DNA of 64,000 nt, taken from positions 39,620,001 to 39,684,000 of the forward strand of contig CM052818.1 in NCBI GenBank assembly GCA_028534125.1. Direction: 5' to 3'. The position numbers and the translations under genes are program-made. The notes beneath the pieces are model-generated. The model made no database searches and was not told the DNA's origin. It saw only the letters and a list, made by a program, of their open reading frames with translations. Positions 1 through 13,234 of the stretch are shown piece after piece (position 1 is the stretch's first letter; each line of letters begins with the position of its first letter). This stretch comes from Lama glama. Taxonomy: Eukaryota.

Positions 1-450
1 ATGAAACGCACTTTTAAATCATAACGACTTATGTGGAATTTAAAATATTTCCTATAATTATTTCACAGGAGCATATGGATTAGCAAATAGTATAGGGTAG
101 AGGATACAAACGGAGATATTTACAGAAAAAGAAAAGTACACATGAAATATGGTTCGGCCAGGTTTAATACACACAGAATACACTTTAATACTTTCATATG
201 GTCTGAATAATATCCCCATATTGATTTTTTCCCTCGTTTCTACCAACTCCACAGCAAATGGACGACAATGGCTCATTGATTTATGGTGAGTGTAGCAATG
301 GGTTTATAACAGCATGAATCATGCCGATTGCTCAATTCACCACATGCCTTAATAAAAGTTTCACTTTAATAAAACTGAGCTAAGGCAAATATGCCCAGAG
401 GCTGGCCTGACATTCCTTATACATTACCCTGCCTCAGGAAATTATTGCCA
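1..450. promoter_or_regulatory. Candidate conserved non-coding element/enhancer (may extend left of window)
   Basis: Repeat-free. PBX-HOX consensus TGATTTATGG at 277-286, SOX-like ACAATGG just upstream, two TTAATAAAA sites (~348, ~367), TGACA near 408. Conservation not tested. Confidence 0.45.
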
Positions 451-1297
451 TATATTTTACAGCAGCTACAGTAGGCTAGGGGATCAGGATTAAAATGTAC
501 TAACTACTGTGATATTTAACAGAACTCCTGTGTTCCCAGTTAACCCTCACAGGTACCAAATGAACAGAGCAATTAGGAAAGAGCATGGTGTAGGGAACAG
601 AACCGGGTTGGGATGTAGGTTGTGGAGATCAGTCACACCGTGAGTGTCCCCTAAACACTCCATACAGTGGAGGTGGAAAAAAAAGATCCCATTTTCTTTC
701 CAGAGGTGCTGTGACCATCAAAGGAGAAAGAGGAAGCACAGGGCTTTATAAACTACAAATGCAATGCAAGTGTAATGTGGGGTGTCGCCCTGAGGGGCCG
801 TGCCTGCAAGACTCACACACACACCAACCCCTCAACACTGTGAACTCTGTCTTTGGAAAAATCCATTCTCATTGTTGTTAATAAAAAGTGTGTTTGGATA
901 AATAAAAGATCTTACTCTATTGATAGGTGTTTAGGGGTTAAAAAGAGAAAAAAGCTAAGCCTTCTAATAGAGCTATATTATTCTTTTATAAACTAAGGAT
1001 TGTTTTTTGTCTTCCGTAGTAAGAGTTGAAAACGCCCCCGCCACACCTGCGTTGTGTTAAGGAAAATTAAGCTGGGATGTGAAAATGTAGGCCAAAAGAA
1101 ATTGCTGGTACTGTTCAAGTGACTTATCACCTGCTTGTGATTGCTTCGGAAGAAATTGGGATTAGACCATCCGTATACTATTCAGTGCCGGTTGGTGCAA
1201 TGTATGTTAGTCTAGAAGACCAGGAGGCCTGTTTGGATTTCGAATCAGTACCAATCACTTAGGCTTTCTATAAAGAAAGTGTGATAGAGTAAGGGGG

Positions 1298-1460
1298 GTG
1301 TGGCATAGTCCTGTGGAAAGAGTCAGACAGATTTGGGCTCGAGTTGTACCTCTGCTGTTAACTACTGACTGATGATCTTGGACCAGGTACAAAAGCTTTC
1401 TGGGCCTCCATTTCCTCATCTGTAAAATGGACTTGAAATTGTTGGTGTGACATTTAAAAC
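1298..1460 (+). mobile_element. MIR SINE
   Basis: gagtcagacagatttgggctcgag...gggcctccatttcctcatctgtaaaatgg matches the MIR core. Confidence 0.85.
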
Positions 1461-2019
1461 TGTCGTTCCTTGCACCCTTTCTCAGCTGTTTCATGGTAAT
1501 TAGTCTCCATCTCCCCAGCTAGGCTGTCTCTCCTGCACTTAGCCCTTTTCCTTGTCCCCCAAGCTCTCACTTCACCCTCACTGCAGGCTGGTAGGGAAGA
1601 CCGTGCTTGCCCAGCATCCAGCTCTGGTTCAGCTGGCCTTCCCCTGGGCTCCTGCAGCAACGCCATCATATTCCACACCCTCCAAACCTGCTTGTATTCA
1701 TCTCATTCCTTTCCCTCCAGTTAGAACCTGGAGGGAAAAAAACTGCTTTGTTTTTCTCAACTTTGTTCCCCTCATGGTTAACTTTCTGTGTGGCACATAG
1801 AAGGTAGTCAGTAAATACTATAAATAAACGATGTATGAAATCATGAATTCATGATGGACAGCAGATCACATGTCAAAGAGTTTGTACTTCTGCAAAAGTG
1901 AACGCGATCATAAGCTTTGAAAACGAGTGACGACTCAGGAGATGCTGGATGAGCCAAAAGCCAGTGTATAATTCAAAGTTGCCGCTCCTCAGGTAGAAAA
2001 ACAACATTAATACACGGCT

Positions 2020-2256
2020 GATGTTTATTGACTACTTACTACGTGCTAGGCTCTGTGCTAATAACTCCGCGTACCTCACGTCATTAGTCCTTATGAGAAC
2101 TCTATGACAGGTGTGCTATTATTAGTCCCACATTACAGCTTAATGCACTGAAGCCAGGAGAGATCAAATAACCTTCCCAAGGCTGCAGAGCTAACAATGG
2201 CTGAGCGAGGGTTTGGACGGTGTCTTTCTGATTCCAGAACCCGTGCTCTGACTCCT
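2020..2256 (-). mobile_element. MIR SINE, near full length
   Basis: tttattgactacttactacgtgctagg...ttcccaaggctgcagagctaacaatggctgag...ctgattccagaaccc is antisense MIR. Confidence 0.85.
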
Positions 2257-3404
2257 TTGTTGTCCTCAGCAAAGGGAAGTGAGCATGACGGATGCCAGCA
2301 CCACTGCCATGCATAAAGGGGTTCATGTTTGAATACGGGGCTGAGGGTCAGAGTGAACTAAACTCACTGTTACCTTTTCTCCATATGAGTTTCACTTCCC
2401 CTGGTCCCTGTTCTGAGGCTTTAACCGCTCATTCTCACTCCCAACCACAAAGGACTCCAGCAGGGGCAGCTGAAATAAAACCTACCGTCATCAGCCAGGA
2501 ACTGAGCTGTCAAAAGAAATGAAAAATCCGGGGGCAACTGCCGTCTTACCATTCATAAATGAGTTTATCGGGAACTCTCTTGACATTGAGCTCTAACTAC
2601 GGCATTTAAGAAAATCCCAAATTTGAAATAAATAAGTTGGCTGACATACAGACATTTTACATATGAATTTAATAAAATAGATTTTTCTTTTTGAAATCTT
2701 TGGTAATCTCTGAAATATATCAACTGCAACCCAGGAACATTGTATCCCAAGTTGTGATTCATGAAATGAAACGGAAATGTATTATGTAATTCAATTTGGA
2801 GAGTCCAGCACAGAGCTCATTAGGGCTGCTGCTGGTGATGTGGACTGAAGTTCGGAGGCCCTGTGGTTTGGGCAAACTTCTCCCAGTCCTTACCTCCCCT
2901 TCCTCTGAGGACATTTTAGCCAAATATCGTTACCCTTTAAAAATTGCATTCTGGAGCATTTTGCCCACAAATGAGGATAATTCAGGGGAAAACTTAGGAG
3001 AAACTGGATTGTTTCTCGACTCTTCCCACTTTACCATTAACCCATCTTGTCATGAGTCAGGCTCAGAAGTGACTCATGGCCTTTCTATGTGGTCCTTGGA
3101 TCCAGACCAGGCCTCGCCTGTATATTGGGCAGGTGGACACCAGGATGTCATTTGAGGTGACCGGAGCCTAGAGAAATGAAGAGACTTCCCCAGGGTGATA
3201 CAGCTCTTAAATATCACAGTTAGAACTAACTCTGAAATCTCTGGATTTTTTTTTCAGTTTATGACATAGCCTGAATCAAAGCCTTTTACAAAGCCTAGTT
3301 TTTCCTACATATGGTGATTTCTATGAAAACAAATGAGAAAAATGAGTAAGAAAGCACTTTTAGTCCTATCTGATTTTTATTGTACTTTGGGTTTCTTTTT
3401 GTTA

Positions 3405-6400
3405 AAAAAAATTTATTGAGGTTAGATAAAATTGAACCATTTTAAAGTGTGTTATTCAGTGGCTTTTAGTACATTCACAGTGTTGTGCGCCATCACCACT
3501 ATCTAAATCCAGAGCATCTTTATCACCCAGAGAAGAAATCGTGTGCCTATCAGGTATTCACTCCCCATTTTCTGAGACCCTGGCAATCACGAAACCATTT
3601 TCTAGACATTTCATATCAACAAATCATACACATGGGCTCTTTGGTGACTGGCTGCTTTTACTTAGCATAATGTTTTCCAAGCTCACCCATGTTATAGCAT
3701 GTACCAGTACTTAATTCCTTTTTGTGGCTTAATAATATTCTATCATAGGTATATACTACAGTTTATTTCATCAGTTGATGATAATGGGGTTGTTTCCAGT
3801 TTGGAGGTATTAATGAATAATGCTACTGTGAACACTCATGTATAAGTTTTTCTTTTTTTTTTTAATTTGTGTTTGTTTTCAATTCTCTTGAGTTTGCCTC
3901 GAGTAGAATTTCCATGTCATATAATAATTTTATGTTTAACTTCATAAGGAACCACCAAACTGGTTTCCAGAGCCCTGTACTGTTTTACATCCTCATTAGC
4001 AATATATGAAGGTGGTTCTAGTTTCTCAACATTCTCACCCACATGTCTTACATTCTGTTTCTTTGTTTTTGTCCTTTTTTTATTAGAGCCATTCTAGTGG
4101 GTGTAAGTGGTATCTCGTAGGGGTTTTGACAGGCATTTCTCTAATGACTAATGATGTTGTGCAGCTTTTCATTTGCTCATTGGCCGTTTTTATGTCTTTA
4201 GAGAAACATCTATTAAAGCCATTTGATCATTTCTTGATTAGGTTGTTTTCTTTTTGTTGTTCAGTTGTAAATTTAGTTATATATTCTGAATACTAGACCC
4301 TTACTAGATGTATGATTTGCAAGTATTTCCTCCTATTCTATGGAATGTCTTTTCACTTTCTTATAGTGTCCTTTGCACAAAAGTTTAAGTTCAGTTAATT
4401 TTTTCTTTTGTTCCTTGTAATTTTGCTGTCATATTTAAGAAACTGTTGTCTAATCTGAGGTCATGAAGATTTACAAGTGTATTTTCTTCTAAGAGATTCA
4501 TAGCTTTAGCTCTTACATTTGGGCCTTTCATTCACTTTGAATACACTTTCTACATATGGTGTAACATAATGGTCCACATTCATTCTTTCCATGTGGATAT
4601 CCAGTTGTCCGAGCACCATTTGTTGAAAGTATTATACTTTCCCCACTGAATGCTTTTTTCCCCCCAACGCTTGTCAAAAGTCAACTAACCATAGATGCAT
4701 GAGTTTACTTCTGGACTCTCAATTCTATTCTGTTGATCTTATGTCTAGCCTTACGCCAATACCGCATTGTTTAATTACTAAAGCTTGATAATAAGTTTTG
4801 AAATTGGAGAATGTGAGTCCTCTAATTTTGTTCTTCTTTTGAAGATCATTTTGGCTATTCAGGGTTTCTTGCAATTTCTGTGAGTTTTGGACTTAGCTTG
4901 TCCATTTCTGCATGAAAGTTCATTGGAATTTGGGCAGAGGTTTCATTGAAAATATAGATAGATTTGGGGAGTATTGCCATCTTTACATTATCAAGTCATT
5001 TAATCTGTGAACACAGGGTGTCTTTCTATTTATTTAGGTCTTTTAAATAAATTTCTTTAAAAAATATTTTGATATTTTCAGTGTGTAAGTCTTATACCTC
5101 TTTGGTTAAATTTATTTGTGAGCGTTTATTCTTTTTGATACTATTGTAAATGGAATTGTTTTCTTCATTTCAATTTTGGATTGCTCATTGCTGGTATGTA
5201 GAAATGCGGCTGATTTTTGTATGTTGATTGTGTGTTCTGCCGCTGTGCTAAACTTGCTTATTAGTCCTGATAGTGTTTTTGAGTGTGGGCTTTTTAGGGT
5301 GTTCAATGTATAACATCATATTGTCTGCAAATAGAGACAGGTTTATATTTGTCTTTCCAATTAGGATGACTTTTCCTTTTCTTATGTAATTGCCCCTGCT
5401 AGACCCTCTGGTACAGTGTTGAGTAACAGTGGTGAAAGCAGACATCCTTTTCTTGTCTCTAATCTTGGAGGGAAGGTTTTTGTCTTTTACCATTAAGTAT
5501 AATGTTTGCTCTGGGTTTTTGATCACTGCCTTTTATTATATTGGCAAAGTTCCCTTGTATTCCTAGTTTGTTGAGTGATTTTTTTTTTATCATGGAAGGT
5601 GCTGGATTTCGTAAAATGCTTTTCCTGCCTCATTAACATAATCATGTGGGTTTCCCCGCTATTAATGTGGTGTATTAACCTAACTGCTTTTCATATGTTG
5701 AACCACTGTTGCATAATGGAATAAATACAACTTGGTCATGGTGTAAAATCCTTTTAGTGGGTTCGGTTTGCTAGCATTTGCTGAGGATTTTTATATCTAT
5801 ATTCATCAAGGATATTGGTCTGTAGTTGTCTTTTCTTGTGATGTCTTTGTCTGGTTTTGGTATCAGGGTCGTACTGGCCTCATAGAATGACTTAGGAAGT
5901 GTTCCATCCTCTTCCAATTTTTGGAAGAATTTGAGTAGGATTGATGTTAATTCTTTTTTTCAGTCTTTGGTAGAATCCACCAATGAAACCATTTGGTCCT
6001 GGGGTTTTCTTTTTGGAAGGTTTTTGATGGCTGATGCAACCTCTTTACTTGTGATGTATCTGTTCAAATTTTCTGTGTCTCTGTGAGTCAGTTTTGGTAA
6101 TCTGTGTGTTTCTAGGAATTTGTCATTTCTCTAGGTTATCTCATTTGCTGTTATACCATTATTCATAGTATTTTCTCATAATTATTTTTCTGTATGGTTG
6201 TTAGTAATGTCCCTACTTTCATTCCTGATTTTAATAGTATGAGTCTTCTCTCTTTTTTCTTGGTTTATCAAACTAAAGATTTGTCATTTTTTTCCCAAAG
6301 AACCATTTGTTTTCATCAATTGCATTTTTTTTCTGTTCTCTTTTTCATGTACCTTCACTCTTATCTTTAAAACTTCCTTCCTTGTCCTAGCTTTGGATTT

Positions 6401-7970
6401 AGATTGCTCTTTTTTTTTCTAGTTCTTTAAGGTGTGAAGTTAAATCATTGACTTGAGGTCTTCTTTCTTTTTAAATGTGGACATTTGCAGCTATAGATTT
6501 CCCTCTGAGCACTGCATTTACTGTATCCCATCGTTCTGATATATTATGTTTTCATATACATTTATATCAAAATATTTTCTAATTTCCCTTGTGATTTCTT
6601 TTTTGGCCCATTGGTTGTTTAAGAATATGTTGTTTAATTTCCACACATTTGTGGAATTTCCAGTTTTCCTTCTGTAATTGATTTCTAGTTTCATTCCAGT
6701 GCAGCCAAAGAAGATGGTTTGTATGAATCCTAGTCTTTTTAAATTTATTGAGATTTGTTTTGAGACCAAACATATGTTTTATCCTGGAGAATGAATGTTT
6801 CATGTGTGTTTAATAAGAATGTGTATTCTATTGTGGTTGGGTTGAGTATTCTGTAGGTATCTTTTAGGTCTAGTTGATTACAATGTACTTCAAGTCCTCT
6901 ATTCTCAGATTTTCTGTTTGTTTTATTCATTATTGAAATCATGGTATTGAAGTTTCTAGCTATCACTGTAGGATTGTCTATTTTTCTCTTCAGTTCTTTG
7001 AATGTTTGCCTTGCATATTTTGAGGCTCTGTAGTTAGGTGTGTATGTTTATTATTTTTATACTCTCAGAATGTATTGACCCTTTTGTTATTATGTAATAC
7101 CTGTCTCTACCTCTTGTAACAATTTTTGGCTTAAAGTCTATTTTGTCTGTTATTCATATAGCCATTCAAGCTCTCTATTAGTTATTGTTTGCATGGAATA
7201 TCTTTTTCTGCCCTTTCACATCAAATTATTTGTGCTTTGGATCTAAAGTGAACCTCTTTGTAGATAGCATATTCTTAGATAATGTTTTTAAAACCCATCC
7301 TGCCAATTTCTGCCTTTTAATCAGAGAATTTGAGTCATTTACATTTAATGCAGTCTTTGTAAAGGTAGAACTTGCTTCAGCCAATTTGCTATATTTTTTC
7401 TTTATATTGTATATATATTTTTTGTTTTTTAATTCCTCCTTTACCGCCTTCTTTTGTGTTAAATTGATATTTAGTAGCATACCATTTTGATTGCCTCCTT
7501 ATTTCTTTTACTATGTATTTTTTGTTATTGTCTTAAAGGTTGCCACAGGGATTGCAATTAATATCTTAATTTTTAACAATCTAGTTCAGATAAGTACCAA
7601 TGTAGTTTCAATAGTACATAAAACTGCTTTTGTGTCACTTTGTTCCCCATTTAATTATATCTTTATACATTGTGTGCCCACCAACATAGATTTATAATTA
7701 TTGTTTTATGCAATTGTGTTTTAAATTACACAGGAAAAAAGAAGTTACAAACCAAAAATACATTAATACTAACTTCTCTATTTTCTTATGTAGTTACTTT
7801 TCTACTGTTCTGTTCTTTATTTCTCCATGGGGATTCAAATTACTTTCTGTTGTCCTTTTGTTTCATCCTGAAGGACTCCTTTCTTTCAGCATTTCTTGTA
7901 GAGCACATCTACTAGTAATGAACCCTCTCAGTTTTTATTTATCTGGGAATGTCTTACTTTCTCCTTAATT
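3405..7970 (-). mobile_element. Old L1 (L1MB7/8-like 3' end), decayed ORF1 C-terminus + ORF2 + 3' UTR, ~4.6 kb
   Basis: Minus-strand remnants: RT LSLFADNMMLYIEHPK (FADD motif; ORF 5248-5526), EN start LNVNDSNSLIKRQKLAGW (7226-7480), EN YRILNPTTIEYTF (6745-6966), ORF1 end GESKTFPDK*KLRGFITSRCALQEMLK near 7890-7965; L1MB-type 3' UTR from 3410. Confidence 0.95.
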
Positions 7971-7971
7971 A

Positions 7972-8150
7972 TTTAAACAGTTTTATTGAGGTACAGTTCA
8001 CATACCAGACAATTTATCCATTTAAATTGTGCAGTTCAGTAATTTTTAATATACTCATATGTATGTGCAACCATCACCACAGTCAGTTTTAGAACATTTC
8101 ACCACCTCAAAAAAAAGTCCATACCATTTAACTAATTACTGCTCTCTGGT
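7972..8150 (-). mobile_element. Short L1MB (L1MB2-4-like) 3' end fragment
   Basis: ttttattgaggtacagttcacatacc...tgtgcaaccatcaccacagtcagttttagaacatttc. Confidence 0.8.
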
Positions 8151-8904
8151 TTCTTGTGAATAACTAATCAAACATCTATTTTGGCTTTTAATTATTGTCA
8201 TATAGTGTGGGCAACTTAAGCTATGATTTGATCTCTTTAGAACGGATTGGATACTGTGAAATTGGTATTCGGATAGCTTGGTCTGGTGGTGTATGTCAGA
8301 CGGGTGGAAGGACCAAGGCTGGAAGCAAGTTAGGGCGCTTGCACAGTGACTTCCTGGGATATAGCAGATATTCTGTAAATATTTAGGTTGAAAGAAGGAA
8401 TGACTGAATCAATTAATTAATGTGGATGTCCAATTAAAAAACTAGTAAGAATCTGTCTAGAGTGGTGGCTTTAGAAAAATGCAGGGAGGAGAGATTACTA
8501 GAGATCTGAAGAGGAAAAATATAGCTGAACCAGATGAAAGAGCAGAGATGAAGAAGAAACTATGTTTTCCATCCTGGGAGACAGAAGAATGGAGGAAAGT
8601 GCAGTGGGAAAATGTGGAGTACTCGCAAGGGCAAGTCTGTGGCTTTGGGGTCAGCCTTTATTCTCATGCTTATTATATGCTACACATGTGTAATTCAAAA
8701 CGTGTTAAAGTTAAAAACAAGGGAAATAAAAGGAATATTGCTGTCCTGTCCTTAAGGAAACACACGGTGCTTAGGTGAGCACCTTTGAACTTCATTCTTT
8801 GCAGACACCATGATCCTAGCAGGGATTAAAATGTAGTATCCACATTGTTATAGAAGAGTAAGAACCACGCTCTCTACTCAAGTCCTCTGTATAAAGCCTG
8901 TTGG

Positions 8905-9460
8905 TTAATTATTTGATTCAATCATTCCTTCATTCAATAAATATTTTTTGAATATTTGTTGTGTGCCAGGTAGACACTGTGCAAGACACTGCAGATACAG
9001 TAGTAGTAAATCATAGTTCCCTTCCTCAAGGAGAGACAGGTAAGTGAACACACTGTCTTAATATACTGTGACAAGTACTTCTCTGGGGCTCAGGGCAGGA
9101 ATTATTGGGAGAATTAGGAATTATTAGGAATTACAGGAGAACAGAATAGAGGCCAGTGGCTGATCCAGGGATCAGAGATCTGTTACTTCCAACTAGGAGC
9201 TAATGGTCGATTAAAAATGTACGAGGCAGATAAGATTGGGGTGGGGTAGGGGTAGGGAGCATTCTGGGCAGATAGACAGCATGTGCAATGATCCAGGTAT
9301 TGAAGGCTTCAGGAAATTATTGGTTGTTCAGTATGGTTGGGGTTGACAAATCACAGTTGGTGAGGAAGGGTGGAAATTTGAATCTGGAGGTGAGGAGAAA
9401 CTAGATCATGTAAGACTTGTTAGCTCTGATGAAGATATTTGGACTTTAGTAATTGAGGGG
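8905..9460 (-). mobile_element. L2 LINE 3' portion
   Basis: ttcattcaataaatattttttgaatatttgttgtgtgccagg...gatacagtag antisense L2 tail, then typical L2 body. Confidence 0.75.
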
Positions 9461-11902
9461 ACTGACCCAGTTAATACTTTCATCGTACAAATTAGTGTAC
9501 ACGCGTGCACACACTCACAGATACAGAGATACATGGATTCAGGGAAGTTGTTTTACCCATTACAAAGCCACAATTTGATAGCCCCTTGTGCACACAAAAC
9601 TCATTTTGCACATTAAGTTTAAATTGTGTCACCTGGGGGGAAAGGGGCATGGGAGGTTACTTATACATGTGCTTGAGGAGCTGGTTGAGAAAACATGGAA
9701 TCAGGATCTCCTTTAAAAGGAGAGTAAGTATTCTAGATTGTGGTGGTGATTTCCTGGACATGGGGGGCAGTTCTTAGAAGGGAGGGTGAAGATTGCTAGT
9801 CCAGGTCCAATCCAGTGGCTTCAGACGTCCAGTTCCCACAGCAAGTTCCTGAGAAAGGGTTTGTGATATTCCCTTTGGAAGCAAGTGAAGTCAGCAGCAC
9901 GAAGGGCTTCTGTCCCACCTAGTAAGCAGCAGGGGCTAAGAGGGCAAAAAGAAGAGAGAGATCAACTGTGGAGTGAGAAATGCAAAATTCTTAGAGTGAC
10001 TTGCCCCAAATGTTTAGACAGGGAGAGACAGGGTTACCTTCCAGGGACCTTCATCAATTCCCTAGTGGGAGGCAGGCAGAATTTCATCAAATAGAGGAAG
10101 GGATGTGTGCTGATTGGAGGCAGATGTCACTGGGTAACCAGCTAAGAGGCCAAGTGAAGACAATTTTCTGGGGCATATGGGGCCATTCGCTGGAAATCAG
10201 GACTTCTGGTGGTGGGAAAATATTTGGCTTAATAGGTTTGATGGAAATAAAGGAGATACAGATAAGAAACAGTGCTCTCCCACTCAGGCTGGCCTTTAAC
10301 CAGGGGTTGTCTCTTGGGGTGGAATTCCTGATGAGCTGAGAAGTGGGAAGTGCTGTTCACACTTTCCTCCCCCAGGCATGTCCCTGGGAGGTGTTTGTTG
10401 GAGGAAAAAGAATAAAAGATGCTGCAGAAATTTAGCCTTGAGCTAAACTGGGCTCTAACTAGCCTGTGAAACTGGGTGGCTCTGAGGGAAGCTCTCCACT
10501 CCAGATAACATCCAGTACTTGTCTTACCCCTGAATAGATGGCCCAAATCTGGCAATGCCAGGCACTATGAATGAATTCTTCCAAGCCTTGAACCAGTCCA
10601 GCTGTGTTGGAACTGCTCTAGAATTAAGATTTTGGATAAGATGGTCATGTGGCTGGGAACAAAGATTTTTTATTTTGCATGTGAGCCTGGGAGAAACTGC
10701 TAGGCTTTTGCACTAAATTTCAAGGTTCTAAGATCAATTTTGTATGATGTTTAGCTGGGTCCCTGTCTTATATTTTCCACCATTGAAAAGTGGGTAAAGG
10801 AACATTAGAATGAATGAGTAACAGGGCATTATAATAAAAGAAGCCAAATGAAAGTGTGGAGCAGAAGCCCAGAGTAGAAAGAAGGCAAGACGGGGGCCTG
10901 TTTCCCCAATGACAACATGCAGATGCACAGCCCCAGGAGGTCAGCTTCCCCACAGGAAGAGACCTGCTTTGCCCCACTTTTGGGGCATGATGGGGAGAAT
11001 GAATGAGAAGATAAAAATCGGTGGACTTTGGAAGTAGAGGTATTGTAATATAAGAAGAATGTCTTATAATCAACCAATTAAAAAGAATCATGTCCAAGGG
11101 CATTTTCTGTAGCCCTTAGCCGTCCTCTAGATAGGAAAGGGAAACAGCAGAAATACCAACAAGGGGGGCGAAACAGACCTGAGGGCCCAAGTCCAGTGTC
11201 AGGGTTATGTATTTGCACTTCAGTTCTCTGTCAGCGAGTAACTGAGATTCTAACTTGTACAAGTAGCCTTTAGTTCCTCTCTCACGCATCTTTTGCTGAC
11301 TATCCACTCTCCCTCTCCCCTCCCTATAGTCAGCATTGATGGCCTGAAATGTTGGTACCCGGACCTGCTGTGTGCTGCTGGCTTCTGGTGTATCCAGCCT
11401 CGCACGCCATTCTACACAACCGGTGAGTACAATGTATCTTATCCATCCCTGTCGGTCTCAGATTCCAGCGTGGGACTGAGAGTAACTATTTTTTGATCAG
11501 TTGCTCGATAAATAAAAACCCTTTAAAAAATGAAAATGCAGAGGTTCAGCTTAAAATGAAAACAGTGGCGTGACCTTTTTGAATGCACCAAAATAGAAAC
11601 TTACTGGCCGGGAACTATTAACTTATCTCCCAAACACACAGAAGGAGAAACATACCGGATTTAGGTTTCATAGCTCACATTTCCTTAGCAGGAGTTGTTG
11701 TTTTTCTTACGTTCTATGTGGACCAAATCAACGCTATGTTATAAAACAGTGAAAAAATACAGAATATTGAAAATCTTTATTGGTAACTTTGATAAACCAT
11801 CGTTTATCTTCACAACATTCATGTACGTATTTGACAGATCTTTTTTTTACTTCAATCAATCGCTATTTTTAAATGGTACAATTCAAAAAATGATAGAAAA
11901 CT

Positions 11903-12135
11903 GCGGTGTGGAGTAATGGAAAAAGGACTGGATTTGGCTTTTAAGTCTGAGGTATGATCATAATACCTATCTTTTGTAAACTTCTCTGAGTCCCAGTTTC
12001 CTCAACTGCACTATTAATATGGCAATAAAACAAGCCCACACACCCTCTCAGGATTTTGAATGACTCCAGTGAGATAAGACATATGACTATGATTTTTACA
12101 TTCTAAAGTGTTCCACTAAATTAGTTAATATTATT
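11903..12135 (+). mobile_element. MIR SINE
   Basis: gtgtggagtaatggaaaaaggactggatttgg...cttctctgagtcccagtttcctcaactg. Confidence 0.75.
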
Positions 12136-13234
12136 ACAAAGATGAAACAAAGCTCTCCAAGTCTTCTGTGGAAGAGGGATTTGGCATTAGCCATGCTCAT
12201 TGTATAATTTCAGATAAGCAGACCCACTTAGATCAGAATTGGCACTCTGGAATTTTGAAAAATGAATGATCTAATTTCATTTTTGTTTTTGTAAAATCGT
12301 CAGAAAATTTGTTTTGTGGTAGTGTTTTTTTTTCCCCTTCCCTCTTGTAACATCTGGTTTTCCTGATTCCATCAGACCTAGACATACCAAAAGAATGTAA
12401 AAAATATTTTTGGGATTCATTTGCAGACACTAGTCATTTGGATCTTTTCATGCATTTTCTGGGTTCTTATCTCAGTCCAGCCTAGACACTTGAGTCTTTA
12501 AATATTCCTCATGTAAAAGATGGTGTAGTTATCAGGTGAACCTATTTTATACTCAGCTTAAGAAGTTCCTTGAGACGGTACTTGTCCAAACTCCTTTATA
12601 TCAGAAAGATGGTGGTCAAAGTGGTCCAGGTAGTTTCCTGTCATGGTGTGGCAGGGGGAATCCTCACAGAGGAGGTAGCTCGTCGTGTGGGGTGCCAAGT
12701 GAGAAATCATGAGTCCTGCCCTTCTTGGGCAGAGTGGATCTTGTGCCCTCTCGAGGCTGACTTCTGACCCACGTGACCAGGTCACTCCTTCACGTCTTCC
12801 CAAGTGTGGATGCTCCAAGGCTCAGGGGTAGTTGGCCTGGCTCTTGAGGCAGGTGAGGAGCTCGAGTCCCCCTTCCTTCCTTCCAGGCCAAGGCCACCGT
12901 GACCTCCCTAAGCTTAGGCATGAGGTGCTGGCCACCTAGGGCTCTGGCTCACTCTGCGGCTTGACTGCATTGACACAGCTGGACTTATAAGAGGCGTATG
13001 CTGGAGAAAGTTAGATTATTACCCACCGAGCTAGTGCACCCCCCGGCCTAAGTGGGTGGAGGACAGAATTAATGTACACAGATCAAACTGCTGCTCAGCT
13101 CACCAATATGGTCTCAGTCTACAATCAAGTAGTCAGTCGGTGTCCAGTATTCAAACACGAGATGCTACAGGAATGAATGAGGGGATAGCAACGCACTGGC
13201 GTTTTCTCAAGCAGGGAGCCTTTGGATATCAGTT

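Noticed and set aside
345..376. Twin AATAAA as a transcript 3' end
   Set aside because: No upstream exon evidence; equally explained as HOX/CDX-type sites or AT-rich chance
3405..7970. Active L1
   Set aside because: ORF2 is fragmented, FADD reads FADN, and the 5' UTR and most of ORF1 are missing
9238..9257. G4 motif GGGG-T-GGGG-TA-GGGG-TA-GGG
   Set aside because: Lies in a G-rich part of a decayed L2; nothing suggests function
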